64,000 nucleotides of DNA from a virus (taxonomy: Duplodnaviria > Caudoviricetes), in the IMG/VR virus record IMGVR_UViG_3300031555_004728, positions 96,001 through 160,000 of that record; one strand, 5' to 3'. Numbering within the stretch: position 1 is the stretch's first letter; every line of letters starts with the position of its first letter. The position numbers were made by a program, and so were the translations under genes. Under the pieces are notes generated by a model. That model saw only the letters and a program-made list of their open reading frames with translations, made no database searches and was not told the DNA's origin. Positions 1-9,117 of the stretch are shown here, one piece after another.

Positions 1-797
1 TTTATTTTAGTTTCTGCTTCCGAAACTAAAGATTCTAAATCTTTGATTCGTTCTTTAGAAAGTTCAACTAAATCATTACTCATTTCAATATCAAATCTGA
101 CATATAATGAATAAATTTCAATTTGTTCTTTCGTAAGTTCTGTAGATTCAGATTCTTTTACAGGAAACTGAATAATATTAGAGTTTTCAGTATCTTTTAT
201 TTCATCAATTGCTTCATCCAATTCATCATTGATTGCATCTCTGAAACCTTTTAAAAATGGATAAAAACAAATTGTTCCTAATGATACAGTTGCTAATATA
301 ATATCAGTTTTTTCTTTTTTAGATAAACTTTCTCTATATCGTTTCATAAATAGTTTAAGTTCATCAACTTTAGTCCCTGGTTTTCTGACTAATCGTTTTA
401 ATGCTTCTTTTTCATTCTTAATGAATTTTCTAATAGGAGTTTTATCTTTATATTTAATCTTAATAGATTTAAGTTTTTCATCTCTTGTGATAATTGATGA
501 TAATTTGTCAAGTTTTCTTTCAAACTCTTTATCAGCTTTAAATTTATTAAGGTTATTTTTTGTATCTTGAATAAACTCTTTTAATCTTTCAATAAGTAAT
601 TTAATAGCATTTTTTATTTTTGTCAGATAATCATTAACGCTCTCAGATACAAAAATAGAACCTGAGGATTCAATAGTGGATTCTACATACTCCTCAAGTT
701 CTATTCTTAATTGAAGAGACGCGTTTTCCATATAAGAATCAAACCTTTTAAAAGGTTCTTCCATGTAATTTGAGTTACATTGAAAAATTGCGTCCAT
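1..797 (-). CDS. Partial (runs off window start) hypothetical protein, probably head-associated
   Basis: ATG at 797 with AAGGTG SD; reads MDAIFQCNSNYMEEPF..., with VES/IES motifs like the neighbouring genes; absent from ORF track because truncated. Confidence 0.7.
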   Translation of the reverse strand, partial: MDAIFQCNSNYMEEPFKRFDSYMENASLQLRIELEEYVESTIESSGSIFVSESVNDYLTKIKNAIKLLIERLKEFIQDTKNNLNKFKADKEFERKLDKLSSIITRDEKLKSIKIKYKDKTPIRKFIKNEKEALKRLVRKPGTKVDELKLFMKRYRESLSKKEKTDIILATVSLGTICFYPFLKGFRDAINDELDEAIDEIKDTENSNIIQFPVKESESTELTKEQIEIYSLYVRFDIEMSNDLVELSKERIKDLESLVSEAETKI

Positions 798-813
798 TGT
801 TAATCACCTTTAA

Positions 814-1749
814 TTATTTTTTGTGTGATGTATCTTTTGCTGGATTATCATCTGGATCATCAAGATCAGGTTCTTCAACCTTAATTTTGTTTTTACCAGT
901 TAATCCATCTTTAATTTTATCAACAACACCTTCAGCAAATGCTTCATCTGGTACCTTAGGTGCATCATGAGTTTCATTTACACCAATTTTAAGTGCAGTT
1001 CTGATTTTATCAATCGCTGATTTGATATATTTACCAAAATCACCAAATAAGTTAAGTAATTTTGCAGCAAAACCAGGTTCTTCTTTATCATCGGAATCTT
1101 TGAAATTCTTGATAGGCTGGATAAACTTACCAAAAATATTCTGAAGTTTTTCCATTACTGTAAGAGCTTCATCCTCTGTAAGTTCTGTTTCAGTTGTCGC
1201 TTCTTTTTGTAACTTATCTTTGATAAGTTTAACTGTACCAATAAATCCAACACCAGCTGCAGTTGTAATTCCAAGAATTTTTGCTACAGCACCAACTTTT
1301 TCACCAGTTGTTTTTCCATCAGCTGCAGATCCACAAACTGCATCACCAACATTTGCAAAGAATTTTGCATTCATTGGAAGTTTGACAACTGATTTAGAAC
1401 CTTTAATCCTTTTATATGTTTCTGTATCTTTCTTTGTAAAAATCTTTTGGATTGTATTCCATGTAGATACAAAGAAATTAACAACAGCATTTTTAACTTT
1501 AGTGAAGATTCCTTCACCTGAAGCTTCAGCATCTTTTGCTGCTTCATTGAATAAGTAAGCCAAATCTCCAGTACATGTATCTTCTGTAGACTCAGTCATT
1601 ACTTTAAGTTCACTTTTTGCTTTATTAATTTTAAGACGAGAATCAATCATTGATTCTATGAATGCAACTTCAGCCATAGCAATATCATATGCTTTTTCTG
1701 CAATTGCAAACTCTCTACCGATTTCATCCATTGTAAAAACGTTTACCAT
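814..1749 (-). CDS. Hypothetical virion (head-internal-like) protein
   Basis: 311-aa ORF, AGGAG SD, N-terminal IES/TES motifs. Confidence 0.75.
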   Translation of the reverse strand: MVNVFTMDEIGREFAIAEKAYDIAMAEVAFIESMIDSRLKINKAKSELKVMTESTEDTCTGDLAYLFNEAAKDAEASGEGIFTKVKNAVVNFFVSTWNTIQKIFTKKDTETYKRIKGSKSVVKLPMNAKFFANVGDAVCGSAADGKTTGEKVGAVAKILGITTAAGVGFIGTVKLIKDKLQKEATTETELTEDEALTVMEKLQNIFGKFIQPIKNFKDSDDKEEPGFAAKLLNLFGDFGKYIKSAIDKIRTALKIGVNETHDAPKVPDEAFAEGVVDKIKDGLTGKNKIKVEEPDLDDPDDNPAKDTSHKK

Positions 1750-1763
1750 GATTTTATTTCTCC

Positions 1764-2963
1764 TTATTTCTTTTTATGTTTCGAGTAGGATTTTCCTAAA
1801 TTTTCATCATCGATATCATGAATTTCAATATCAGAGTCTTTAGATTTTTTCCCACCATAAATTCGTTTATTATTTCTAAATAAACTTCTACCCATTCTCT
1901 GTACACCAGCTTTAATATCTCCAGCTGTAGCTTTAGTAGCATCAACTGCAGATTGACCTGTTGTATAATTATCACGGGTTAAATCTGATTTATCATGAGG
2001 ACCATCAACATCAGTCCAACGTTCTGAAGCAGCTTTTTGTTTTCTTGCTTTATTCTGAGCATCAGAAGCAGAAATTTTTCCAAGAACACCTTCAGCCTGT
2101 TTAATACGTCTTGTTTCATCCTCAATTCTAGCAACTTCTCTGTCAGTTGATTTAACACGTTCTTTTGCTTCTTTACGCATTTCTTTCTGACCTTTTTTAG
2201 TTGTTAATCTCTCTTCATCCCTTTCTAAACGAGCTTTAACATAGTTTTTAGCATAAAGTTTTTTAGGGATATCAAATATCATACCTAAAACACCTTTTGA
2301 TGTTTCTGACATATGATTTGTAATAATTTTTACTGCTTCATTAGCTACATCTCTTCTACCTTCTGGACTTGCTGTTTTTGTATATTTAAGTGATGCTCCA
2401 TGTGCAAGATTTACTTTTTCACCATCTACATCAACTTCTAGTGTATTATACATTTCATCAAGTTCTCTATTCCATGAACCCATGGTTTTTTCGATAAGTT
2501 TTGAGCCACCTATTAAAGCACCAACAGTTGTAACAACTGTTCCTATAGCACTTAAAGCACTATCTTTTTGATCTGTGAATCTCTTAGCATCTTCTACAGA
2601 GAGTTCACCTTTTTTAGCTTTTTTAAGAACGTCAGATGCATCTTTGTAGTAACCATTAACGAATTTTGTTAATGCATTAACGTCACGACCTTCGATTTTT
2701 TCATTCTCACATTCTTCTTTAACTTCAGCACCAAATAAGATGCTTTTAAGTTTTTTCATTGAATCGGAGACTAATTTTCTAATTCCACCGAGAACTCTTT
2801 TCAAGAATCCGACTAAACCGCCACCTGATTCACTAGACTCCATAAAGAAACAATTTTCTGATTCTAAAAATCTAGCATTTGCATAAGCGACGGTTCTGTC
2901 ACACTCTTCAAAAAGGGAGTTAACTTCAATGGTAATACTCTCCACAAAAAGAATACTATTCAT
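1764..2963 (-). CDS. Hypothetical virion (head-internal-like) protein
   Basis: 399-aa ORF, FVES/FLES/FMES motifs in the N-terminus, same operon. Confidence 0.75.
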   Translation of the reverse strand: MNSILFVESITIEVNSLFEECDRTVAYANARFLESENCFFMESSESGGGLVGFLKRVLGGIRKLVSDSMKKLKSILFGAEVKEECENEKIEGRDVNALTKFVNGYYKDASDVLKKAKKGELSVEDAKRFTDQKDSALSAIGTVVTTVGALIGGSKLIEKTMGSWNRELDEMYNTLEVDVDGEKVNLAHGASLKYTKTASPEGRRDVANEAVKIITNHMSETSKGVLGMIFDIPKKLYAKNYVKARLERDEERLTTKKGQKEMRKEAKERVKSTDREVARIEDETRRIKQAEGVLGKISASDAQNKARKQKAASERWTDVDGPHDKSDLTRDNYTTGQSAVDATKATAGDIKAGVQRMGRSLFRNNKRIYGGKKSKDSDIEIHDIDDENLGKSYSKHKKK

Positions 2964-2989
2964 TTTATTTTACGCCCTTTCTTTATATT

Positions 2990-3676
2990 CTAAAATACTG
3001 CATATCTTGGTTTATCAGAAACTTGTTCTTCACCAGCAACATCACCATTAATTTGATCTACGATTCGTTTAACTTGTTTACATACACCAACAAATGCTGT
3101 ATATACCATGTAAACTTTTGAATGCATATAGAGCATGTCAAATGGTGAGTCTGTATAAGTCTCTTCTCTGAATTTAAGTGCAATATCTTTGATTTTAAAA
3201 AGACATACAATGTTATTCATTGCATCACTTAAAGGCATCAATCTTTCTTCATTATGTTTATTATCACCGAATCGGAATAAACCTTGAATAAAGTCTTTAT
3301 CCTTCATAATAATATCCTCAATAGTTTCCACTACTTTGGTTTTTTCTTGTTCATCAAGTTGTCTATTTCTTGATTCTTCTACGTATTTTTTCATTCCATT
3401 AAGATATTCATTATACTGATCTAAAGCATAATGAAATGACATACACATTACTGACTGTGTCTGATCTCTATCATAAAGGAGTTTAATTGCTCTTCCGGCA
3501 ATTTCATTTGTGAAGAAGTTTCTATGAGCAGTTTCGATTAAATCGAAAAAGTTCTTATATTCTTCAATGCATTCTGAAGCACTATTGAATCTACAAATAT
3601 GCTCTGTTAATTGAACGCATGGAGATTTAAGATTCTCAAGAAACTCATCTATATTTAAAATAATTTTTGGTTCCAT
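2990..3676 (-). CDS. Hypothetical protein
   Basis: 228-aa ORF in tightly packed operon. Confidence 0.75.
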   Translation of the reverse strand: MEPKIILNIDEFLENLKSPCVQLTEHICRFNSASECIEEYKNFFDLIETAHRNFFTNEIAGRAIKLLYDRDQTQSVMCMSFHYALDQYNEYLNGMKKYVEESRNRQLDEQEKTKVVETIEDIIMKDKDFIQGLFRFGDNKHNEERLMPLSDAMNNIVCLFKIKDIALKFREETYTDSPFDMLYMHSKVYMVYTAFVGVCKQVKRIVDQINGDVAGEEQVSDKPRYAVF

Positions 3677-3688
3677 GATTTCAACCCC

Positions 3689-4696
3689 CTATAATAAAAT
3701 ATCATATGGAGCTTCATCGATTTGTTTACGAGTATCTCCAAGTGTGAGAGTTGCATTATCTTTCTTTCTTTCAATAGCAGAATCTCTCACAGATCTTGCT
3801 ACATCAACTTTAAGTTTATCTGATAATCTTAAGAATAAAGTACGAATTGATTCTTGTTTTCTTAAGATTTTTTCCTTTTTCTTAGAATCGAATGAACTAT
3901 TTGATTCAATACAAGTCTTATTTAACTCTAAGAAATAAGCTTGAAGTGCAAGTGCATCAGATAACTTTGTTCTCATTTTATAACCTTGGTAAACCAAAGC
4001 TCTAGTAACAGGTAAAACTGCAAGTAAAACAGTGATTGCTACTGTAGCAATTCCAACACCTGTTGCTCCAATAAAATTATTCTGGTCTTTGTTAAGAACT
4101 GATTGTAAATAATTTCTGTAATTTCCGACAGCATTGATTTTATTGAACTTATCTAATTGCTCAATATAAAATAAGTTTGCATGATACTTAGTATTTCTAA
4201 GTTTAATCTGATATGTATCCATACTAATACCTTTAGCAAATTCAACAAATTCAGATAAAATACTTGAAACAGCTTCAACACAGCAATATACAAACATATT
4301 ATATTCTGTCATAACATAGTTATTTTTGTTCTTAAATCCTGCTCCATATAAATCACCAAGGTTTCTTACATTGGTTATAGCTGTTAATGCTACATCTACA
4401 GCATTATTAACATCTTTAACTTTTTCAGCTTCAGCAATTGATTTCGCAATATTTAATGTATCAATCATAGATTGATACCCTGAATATTTAGTGATATCAC
4501 CTTTTGAATTAGGGATATCATCAAAATCAATGTGGTTCTTTGAAATAACTTGACTATACAAGTTTTCAATATATTTATTTGTAATAGGGGATTGTGTATC
4601 CTCTAATACTGCTCTAACATCCTCAAGTTTTACAGAATTATCGGATTCTGCTAAGATTTGGGATGCTTCCATAAATAAATCGTAATTAACACCCAT
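3689..4696 (-). CDS. Hypothetical virion structural protein
   Basis: 335-aa ORF, AAAGGA SD, operon context. Confidence 0.75.
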   Translation of the reverse strand: MGVNYDLFMEASQILAESDNSVKLEDVRAVLEDTQSPITNKYIENLYSQVISKNHIDFDDIPNSKGDITKYSGYQSMIDTLNIAKSIAEAEKVKDVNNAVDVALTAITNVRNLGDLYGAGFKNKNNYVMTEYNMFVYCCVEAVSSILSEFVEFAKGISMDTYQIKLRNTKYHANLFYIEQLDKFNKINAVGNYRNYLQSVLNKDQNNFIGATGVGIATVAITVLLAVLPVTRALVYQGYKMRTKLSDALALQAYFLELNKTCIESNSSFDSKKKEKILRKQESIRTLFLRLSDKLKVDVARSVRDSAIERKKDNATLTLGDTRKQIDEAPYDILL

Positions 4697-4720
4697 TGTT
4701 TTAAATCCTTTCTGTAAATA

Positions 4721-6082
4721 TTACTGAGAAATCATACGACCAATTTCTTTACCTAACTTATTAGAAGATAATGAAACTTCGCGTTCAAGAGTTTCAAGAG
4801 TATAAGTTTCAAATGAATCTGAACCTTCATAAAGGATATCAATTGTTTCTGACCCTTCATCTACAATAATAAATGCAAGTAAGAATAATTCTTTAATAAT
4901 TTTCTTAGCAAAGTAAGTATCACGAATATCAAATCCAAACTCAGATTTAATATCTTCAACTTCAAATGATGAAACTACTAATGTAGCATTAGGAACCAAC
5001 TTGTTAATTCCTGAACTTGAAAGATTAACTTTCTTTTCTTTCAGACGTTTAAGAGTTGGTAAAAATGGTGACATTCCTCTTGACTTATAAGATGTGTCAA
5101 GTTTAATGTCATCTACATGTAATAGTAAATCTTTGATAAAAGAAATCTCACCAGTAGTCCAACGAATAAAGTTAAACATAGCATTGCGATTCTTTAATAC
5201 ATTACCAATTGCATTTACAATCTCTCTTGATTTTGTAACATGAAGAATTGTTTTAATACCTACAATAAAGTCGATATATTGAACAAACTCTTTTTTATCA
5301 TTAACAGCCATAAGTCTTACAGATAATCCATATGGTTGTAATTCGTTTACTCTCTTTGCATCTCTATCAACCATTCTAGGAGTATTTAATTCCTTAGTTG
5401 TTTTGAATGCAGTTTCTTGTGATTCTGATTTATTAGCGTTATCAACGATACTGCGAAGAATATCTTTCTTCATATCATCTTTTTTAGCTTCTGTAATAGG
5501 GAATGGTTTAAGATCAAATTTTGCTAAATGATCTTCAAATTGCTCTTTATTAGATTCCATTACATCAGAATTAATAACTGATTCTTTGAATGCAACAGCG
5601 AACATGAAATCAGGACTTACATATAATTTATAATCTCCATCATATACACGTTCCATAATAGTCTCGTACATATCATCAGGTACAGAAAGATTAGGGCATT
5701 CTGATTCCATAAATGAACGTAATTGAGCACGTTCTTCATTTTTTCGATTTAATGCATCCTCATCAATAACTGATTCTAACTTGATATTTTGATGAAGTCT
5801 CTTCATATAATCAAGAGGACTTCTGTCAATAGTAATATCAATAAGTGGATTAGAAGCGATAACAGTTTGAACGAATGATGCATAAACTCTATCCATATTT
5901 TTTGTGATGACAGATGCCATTGAAAGTGGAATAGAATCTGCCACAATAGATGGGAATTGACATGTAGTGCCTTTAGCTCTACGTGAGATGCTTTGGGTAT
6001 TTAAACTTTTAAGCTCATCTAAATCCTGTGCCAAGTTTCTACCCTTTCTTGCAAGTGAAAAAATTTCATTAACAAGAGACAT
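4721..6082 (-). CDS. Hypothetical virion structural protein
   Basis: 453-aa ORF, AGGAGG SD, preceded by AACA-N6-TA motif. Confidence 0.8.
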   Translation of the reverse strand: MSLVNEIFSLARKGRNLAQDLDELKSLNTQSISRRAKGTTCQFPSIVADSIPLSMASVITKNMDRVYASFVQTVIASNPLIDITIDRSPLDYMKRLHQNIKLESVIDEDALNRKNEERAQLRSFMESECPNLSVPDDMYETIMERVYDGDYKLYVSPDFMFAVAFKESVINSDVMESNKEQFEDHLAKFDLKPFPITEAKKDDMKKDILRSIVDNANKSESQETAFKTTKELNTPRMVDRDAKRVNELQPYGLSVRLMAVNDKKEFVQYIDFIVGIKTILHVTKSREIVNAIGNVLKNRNAMFNFIRWTTGEISFIKDLLLHVDDIKLDTSYKSRGMSPFLPTLKRLKEKKVNLSSSGINKLVPNATLVVSSFEVEDIKSEFGFDIRDTYFAKKIIKELFLLAFIIVDEGSETIDILYEGSDSFETYTLETLEREVSLSSNKLGKEIGRMISQ

Positions 6083-6113
6083 CAGTATTCCCTCCTTTCT
6101 TTTATTGATAATT

Positions 6114-6125
6114 TAACATAATGTT
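6114..6125 (-). promoter_or_regulatory. Late-type promoter motif AACA-N6-TA
   Basis: AACATTATGTTA upstream of the 4721-6082 operon; same motif recurs before about 11 genes. Confidence 0.65.
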
Positions 6126-6149
6126 TTTCCATGTATTTTCTATAGCAAA

Positions 6150-6185
6150 AAATAAGATAGGTAGAATTAACTACCTATCTTATTT
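6150..6185. terminator. Intrinsic terminator hairpin
   Basis: AAATAAGATAGGTAG-N6-CTACCTATCTTATTT perfect stem after cassette 1 stop. Confidence 0.7.
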
Positions 6186-6193
6186 AAAATATA

Positions 6194-6571
6194 CTAATAT
6201 GATATGGATACAGGGAATGATGTTGCAAATCCCCAGTAACTTGATGTTGAACCTGTTCCTAATGCAACAGCATCAATATTACCATTGTAATCTATCATAA
6301 TTTGTATGTATCCACCAGATATACTACGTGCTGTACCGATTGTTACAAATCCACTAGTTGGTCTATAATTTTCCGGTAATGTTCCAAGACGTGTATATTC
6401 AGTTGAGACATTAGTAATAGTAACTGTACCTAATGAATTCCCTCTTACAAAAACAATATTTCCAAGTTTACAATATTCAACCTTATTACCTAGATTTATC
6501 CAACCCGCATATAAAGATGGGTGGAATATATTTATGTCTGCTACATTTTCTAACAGTTCTTGTTGGTTGCA
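6194..6571 (-). CDS. Cassette 1: start-less tail-fibre/RBP C-terminal-like domain
   Basis: Open frame from repeat TGC: CNQQELLENVAD...GWINLGNKVEYCKLGNIVFVRG...LGTLPENYRP...SFPVSISY*; missed by ORF track. Confidence 0.8.
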   Translation of the reverse strand, partial: CNQQELLENVADINIFHPSLYAGWINLGNKVEYCKLGNIVFVRGNSLGTVTITNVSTEYTRLGTLPENYRPTSGFVTIGTARSISGGYIQIMIDYNGNIDAVALGTGSTSSYWGFATSFPVSISY

Positions 6572-6648
6572 GTTTTGTTAAGTAAGATTTCTGTAATCAA
6601 AGGAAATTATCGATAACTAGCGAAAGTTAACTTAACAAAATTGGTTCC
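6565..6648 (-). repeat. 84-bp hairpin repeat copy 1
   Basis: GGTTGCAGTTTTGTTAAGTAAG...TTAACTTAACAAAATTGGTTCC on + strand. Confidence 0.97.
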
Positions 6649-6656
6649 TCCCCCTC

Positions 6657-6992
6657 CTATTTCCATGTTATTCTAATACCAATACCACATACATTATTTA
6701 TTATAGCTCCAGTCCCATTAGCACCATCAGTATCACAATAAATATAGAATCCACCAACTTCATCAAGTCCTATATATTTATAATCAAGTTCAACTGGACC
6801 GGATCCAGGTATATTGATTGCTACTAATTCTAAGTTAACTTCATCATGTGTAAAAGGTATTCTAATACTTGTTGAACGTATATATCCATTATAACTATGT
6901 CCAAATGCAACATAAAATCTACAATAATCTTTAGCGTCATTAGTTTTACTTATAAATGAGTCTCTATATACTTCCCAAACTTGTTGGTTGCA
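6657..6992 (-). CDS. Cassette 2: start-less beta-rich domain
   Basis: CNQQVWEVYRDSFISK...VCGIGIRITWK*; no ATG; stop lies 8 bp before repeat copy 1. Confidence 0.75.
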   Translation of the reverse strand, partial: CNQQVWEVYRDSFISKTNDAKDYCRFYVAFGHSYNGYIRSTSIRIPFTHDEVNLELVAINIPGSGPVELDYKYIGLDEVGGFYIYCDTDGANGTGAIINNVCGIGIRITWK

Positions 6993-7069
6993 GTTTTGTT
7001 AAGTAAGATTTCTGTAATCTTCGTAAATTATCGATAACTAGAGAAATTTAACTTAACAAAATTGGTTCC
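6986..7069 (-). repeat. 84-bp hairpin repeat copy 2
   Basis: Identical to copy 11. Confidence 0.97.
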
Positions 7070-7093
7070 TCAGCTCCTTACTTTATTCAATAA

Positions 7094-7104
7094 TGATATA
7101 TTAT
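7094..7104 (+). promoter_or_regulatory. Early-type promoter motif TGATATATTAT
   Basis: ATATATTAT-like motif also at about 12240, 12956, 14574, 16304, 21691, 48576, 55145, 56260, 58696 (+) and 15838, 25053 (-), each upstream of a gene. Confidence 0.6.
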
Positions 7105-7134
7105 TTTTATATACAAAAAGGAGGTATAAATTAA

Positions 7135-8463
7135 ATGACTAATGTAAAATCAGCTTTTATCGAAGGGGAAGAAAATTTAGCAAAAAGAAGTAATTTTCCA
7201 GATAATCTAAATCGGGCACTTATGGAAGAAACAAAAATAAAAAATGATAAAATTAATGAATCTGATTTAGAATTAGTACCAGAAATACTTGATACTTATT
7301 TTAGAGATGGATGGACTATTCCAATTAAAACTATCAAATTACAATATAAATATAAAATGAGTTTACCAGATATCTGTAAAATAGTAGGTATTAAAAATGA
7401 TAAAATCTCATATGTTATGATGAATGGATTAAAATACATACTTACTATTTTAAAGTATTATGTTAAAGATGGTAAATTAACAACAGAACCACCAAAACTA
7501 AAAGATTATACATTTGAAGAGTTCATAAATTTCCCTGTTGAAAGATTTAGTTTAACAACAAGACCACATAATTCACTTAAAAGAGGAAATATCAATTTTC
7601 TAAAAGATTTTATTGCGTTATATACTAAACGTATGGATACAAATCCATATACGATTTTTACTTGTCCAGACGAAATGAATACTATGGATTTAAAATATTT
7701 AAATCTTAGAAATCTTGGTATTATATCTTATAAGGAAATTTATGAAAAATTTGATTTAGAGAATTTGGGTAAACTAATGTCTAATGATAAGAAAGAACTA
7801 GAAGTACAAGGTGTTTTAGAAAAAACTGGGTGGGACACATTTGCATCAGAAACTTTAATTGATGAGTTAGGTCTTCCAAATCATATGGTGTTATCATTAC
7901 ATAATAGATTTGGTGTTAAAACAGTTGAAGACTTTGTTAATGCTTGTTATGTACCAAATATGCATTTACAATCTTTAATGTATACTGGGTATATATCACC
8001 TGGATTTTCAAATGAAGAATATCACTTATTATATACTGCTTGTAGGTTATACGTATTTAAAGGTTCTAAAACAGAAATGAAATTAAAATCATTTGACACA
8101 GAATTAATGTATTCAAAAGTAAATATAAAGAATACAGCATTTCCTTATAATTTACTATGTGATGTAACATGTGAAGAATACAGTTTCTATATAAAAGATA
8201 ATTTACATATTGATGAAAATTATTACAAAATTATCAGAGCGATAACTGCTATTTACGAAACAAAAGATGTATTCACAAATTTAAATTGTAATGGTATTTA
8301 TGAAGATATTCTCAAATTTATAAAATTAAGATATATTGATAAATTGACATTACATGAAATTACAATAAAAATGTTTGAAGGTGAAAATCCTCCAAAATAC
8401 ACATTTTTAAAAATAATTTGTTTAATGCGTAACACTCTAGATCTTATGAGAAGTTTACTTTAA
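7135..8463 (+). CDS. Protein with RNA polymerase alpha-CTD-like and sigma70 region-4-like segments
   Basis: FPVERFSLTTRPHNSLKRGNI...LRNLGIISYKEI and LIDELGLPNHMVLSL (alpha-CTD pattern); IKLQYKYKMSLPDICKIVG and IKLRYIDKLTLHEI (sigma4 HTH pattern). Confidence 0.65.
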   Translation: MTNVKSAFIEGEENLAKRSNFPDNLNRALMEETKIKNDKINESDLELVPEILDTYFRDGWTIPIKTIKLQYKYKMSLPDICKIVGIKNDKISYVMMNGLKYILTILKYYVKDGKLTTEPPKLKDYTFEEFINFPVERFSLTTRPHNSLKRGNINFLKDFIALYTKRMDTNPYTIFTCPDEMNTMDLKYLNLRNLGIISYKEIYEKFDLENLGKLMSNDKKELEVQGVLEKTGWDTFASETLIDELGLPNHMVLSLHNRFGVKTVEDFVNACYVPNMHLQSLMYTGYISPGFSNEEYHLLYTACRLYVFKGSKTEMKLKSFDTELMYSKVNIKNTAFPYNLLCDVTCEEYSFYIKDNLHIDENYYKIIRAITAIYETKDVFTNLNCNGIYEDILKFIKLRYIDKLTLHEITIKMFEGENPPKYTFLKIICLMRNTLDLMRSLL

Positions 8464-8468
8464 AAAAT

Positions 8469-8502
8469 AAAGAAGGATGAGATTAATTTCTCATCCTTCT
8501 TT
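8469..8502. terminator. Bidirectional intrinsic terminator
   Basis: AAAGAAGGATGAGA-N6-TCTCATCCTTCTTT between convergent genes. Confidence 0.75.
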
Positions 8503-8513
8503 TTTTTGAAGTT

Positions 8514-8828
8514 TTAAGCTTCTATACTGATTTTAATTGTTTTACCTTCAGATACGATGTCACAGGTATATAGACTCGTAGAGTCAATCTTATTTTTTAA
8601 AGACTTGGTGGTGTCTTTTAGATTTACCCCTTTTTCCATTGTCATATCGACAACTAATGAAGTATCTGAGGAAAATTCATATTCTAAAGATTGAATTGAA
8701 TCTGATAGATCTTCTACCAGTCTATAAAAAAGTTTAAATTTTTTATATTTCTTACATATCACATCATAAAGTAAGTCAATATCATCACCTACCATAGATG
8801 CTGCGAATGTAGTCATTCTTCTTTCCAT
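8514..8828 (-). CDS. Hypothetical protein
   Basis: 104-aa ORF with GAGGT SD. Confidence 0.7.
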   Translation of the reverse strand: MERRMTTFAASMVGDDIDLLYDVICKKYKKFKLFYRLVEDLSDSIQSLEYEFSSDTSLVVDMTMEKGVNLKDTTKSLKNKIDSTSLYTCDIVSEGKTIKISIEA

Positions 8829-8859
8829 ATTACTTTATACCTCAACATCTTATTTGATT

Positions 8860-9117
8860 TTAACGAATATTCATAATTTGATTTTGAATATTCTGTGATT
8901 TACTTTTCTTACTCAATTCTTCTTGAGCTTTGTTTTGTTCTTCCAGGCGACGCTCTTTTGCTTCTTTTAAAAGTAAAAGAGTTTTATAAGGAATTTTATT
9001 CAGTATATCATCTAGAGACAATGACCCTTTGAACGTCTCTAGAAATACATCTAGAGTCTTGGCAGCGATTCTGGATCGATTACTGTATTCCCCTGTTCCT
9101 GGTACCGTTGAAAAACC
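8860..9117 (-). CDS. Start-less -1 frame extension of the upstream gene (T4 gp51-like or chaperone tail)
   Basis: 86 open codons from GGTTTTT: GFSTVPGTGEY...SLSLDDILNKIPYKTLLLLKEAKERRLEEQNK...; not in ORF track. Confidence 0.55.
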   Translation of the reverse strand, partial: GFSTVPGTGEYSNRSRIAAKTLDVFLETFKGSLSLDDILNKIPYKTLLLLKEAKERRLEEQNKAQEELSKKSKSQNIQNQIMNIR

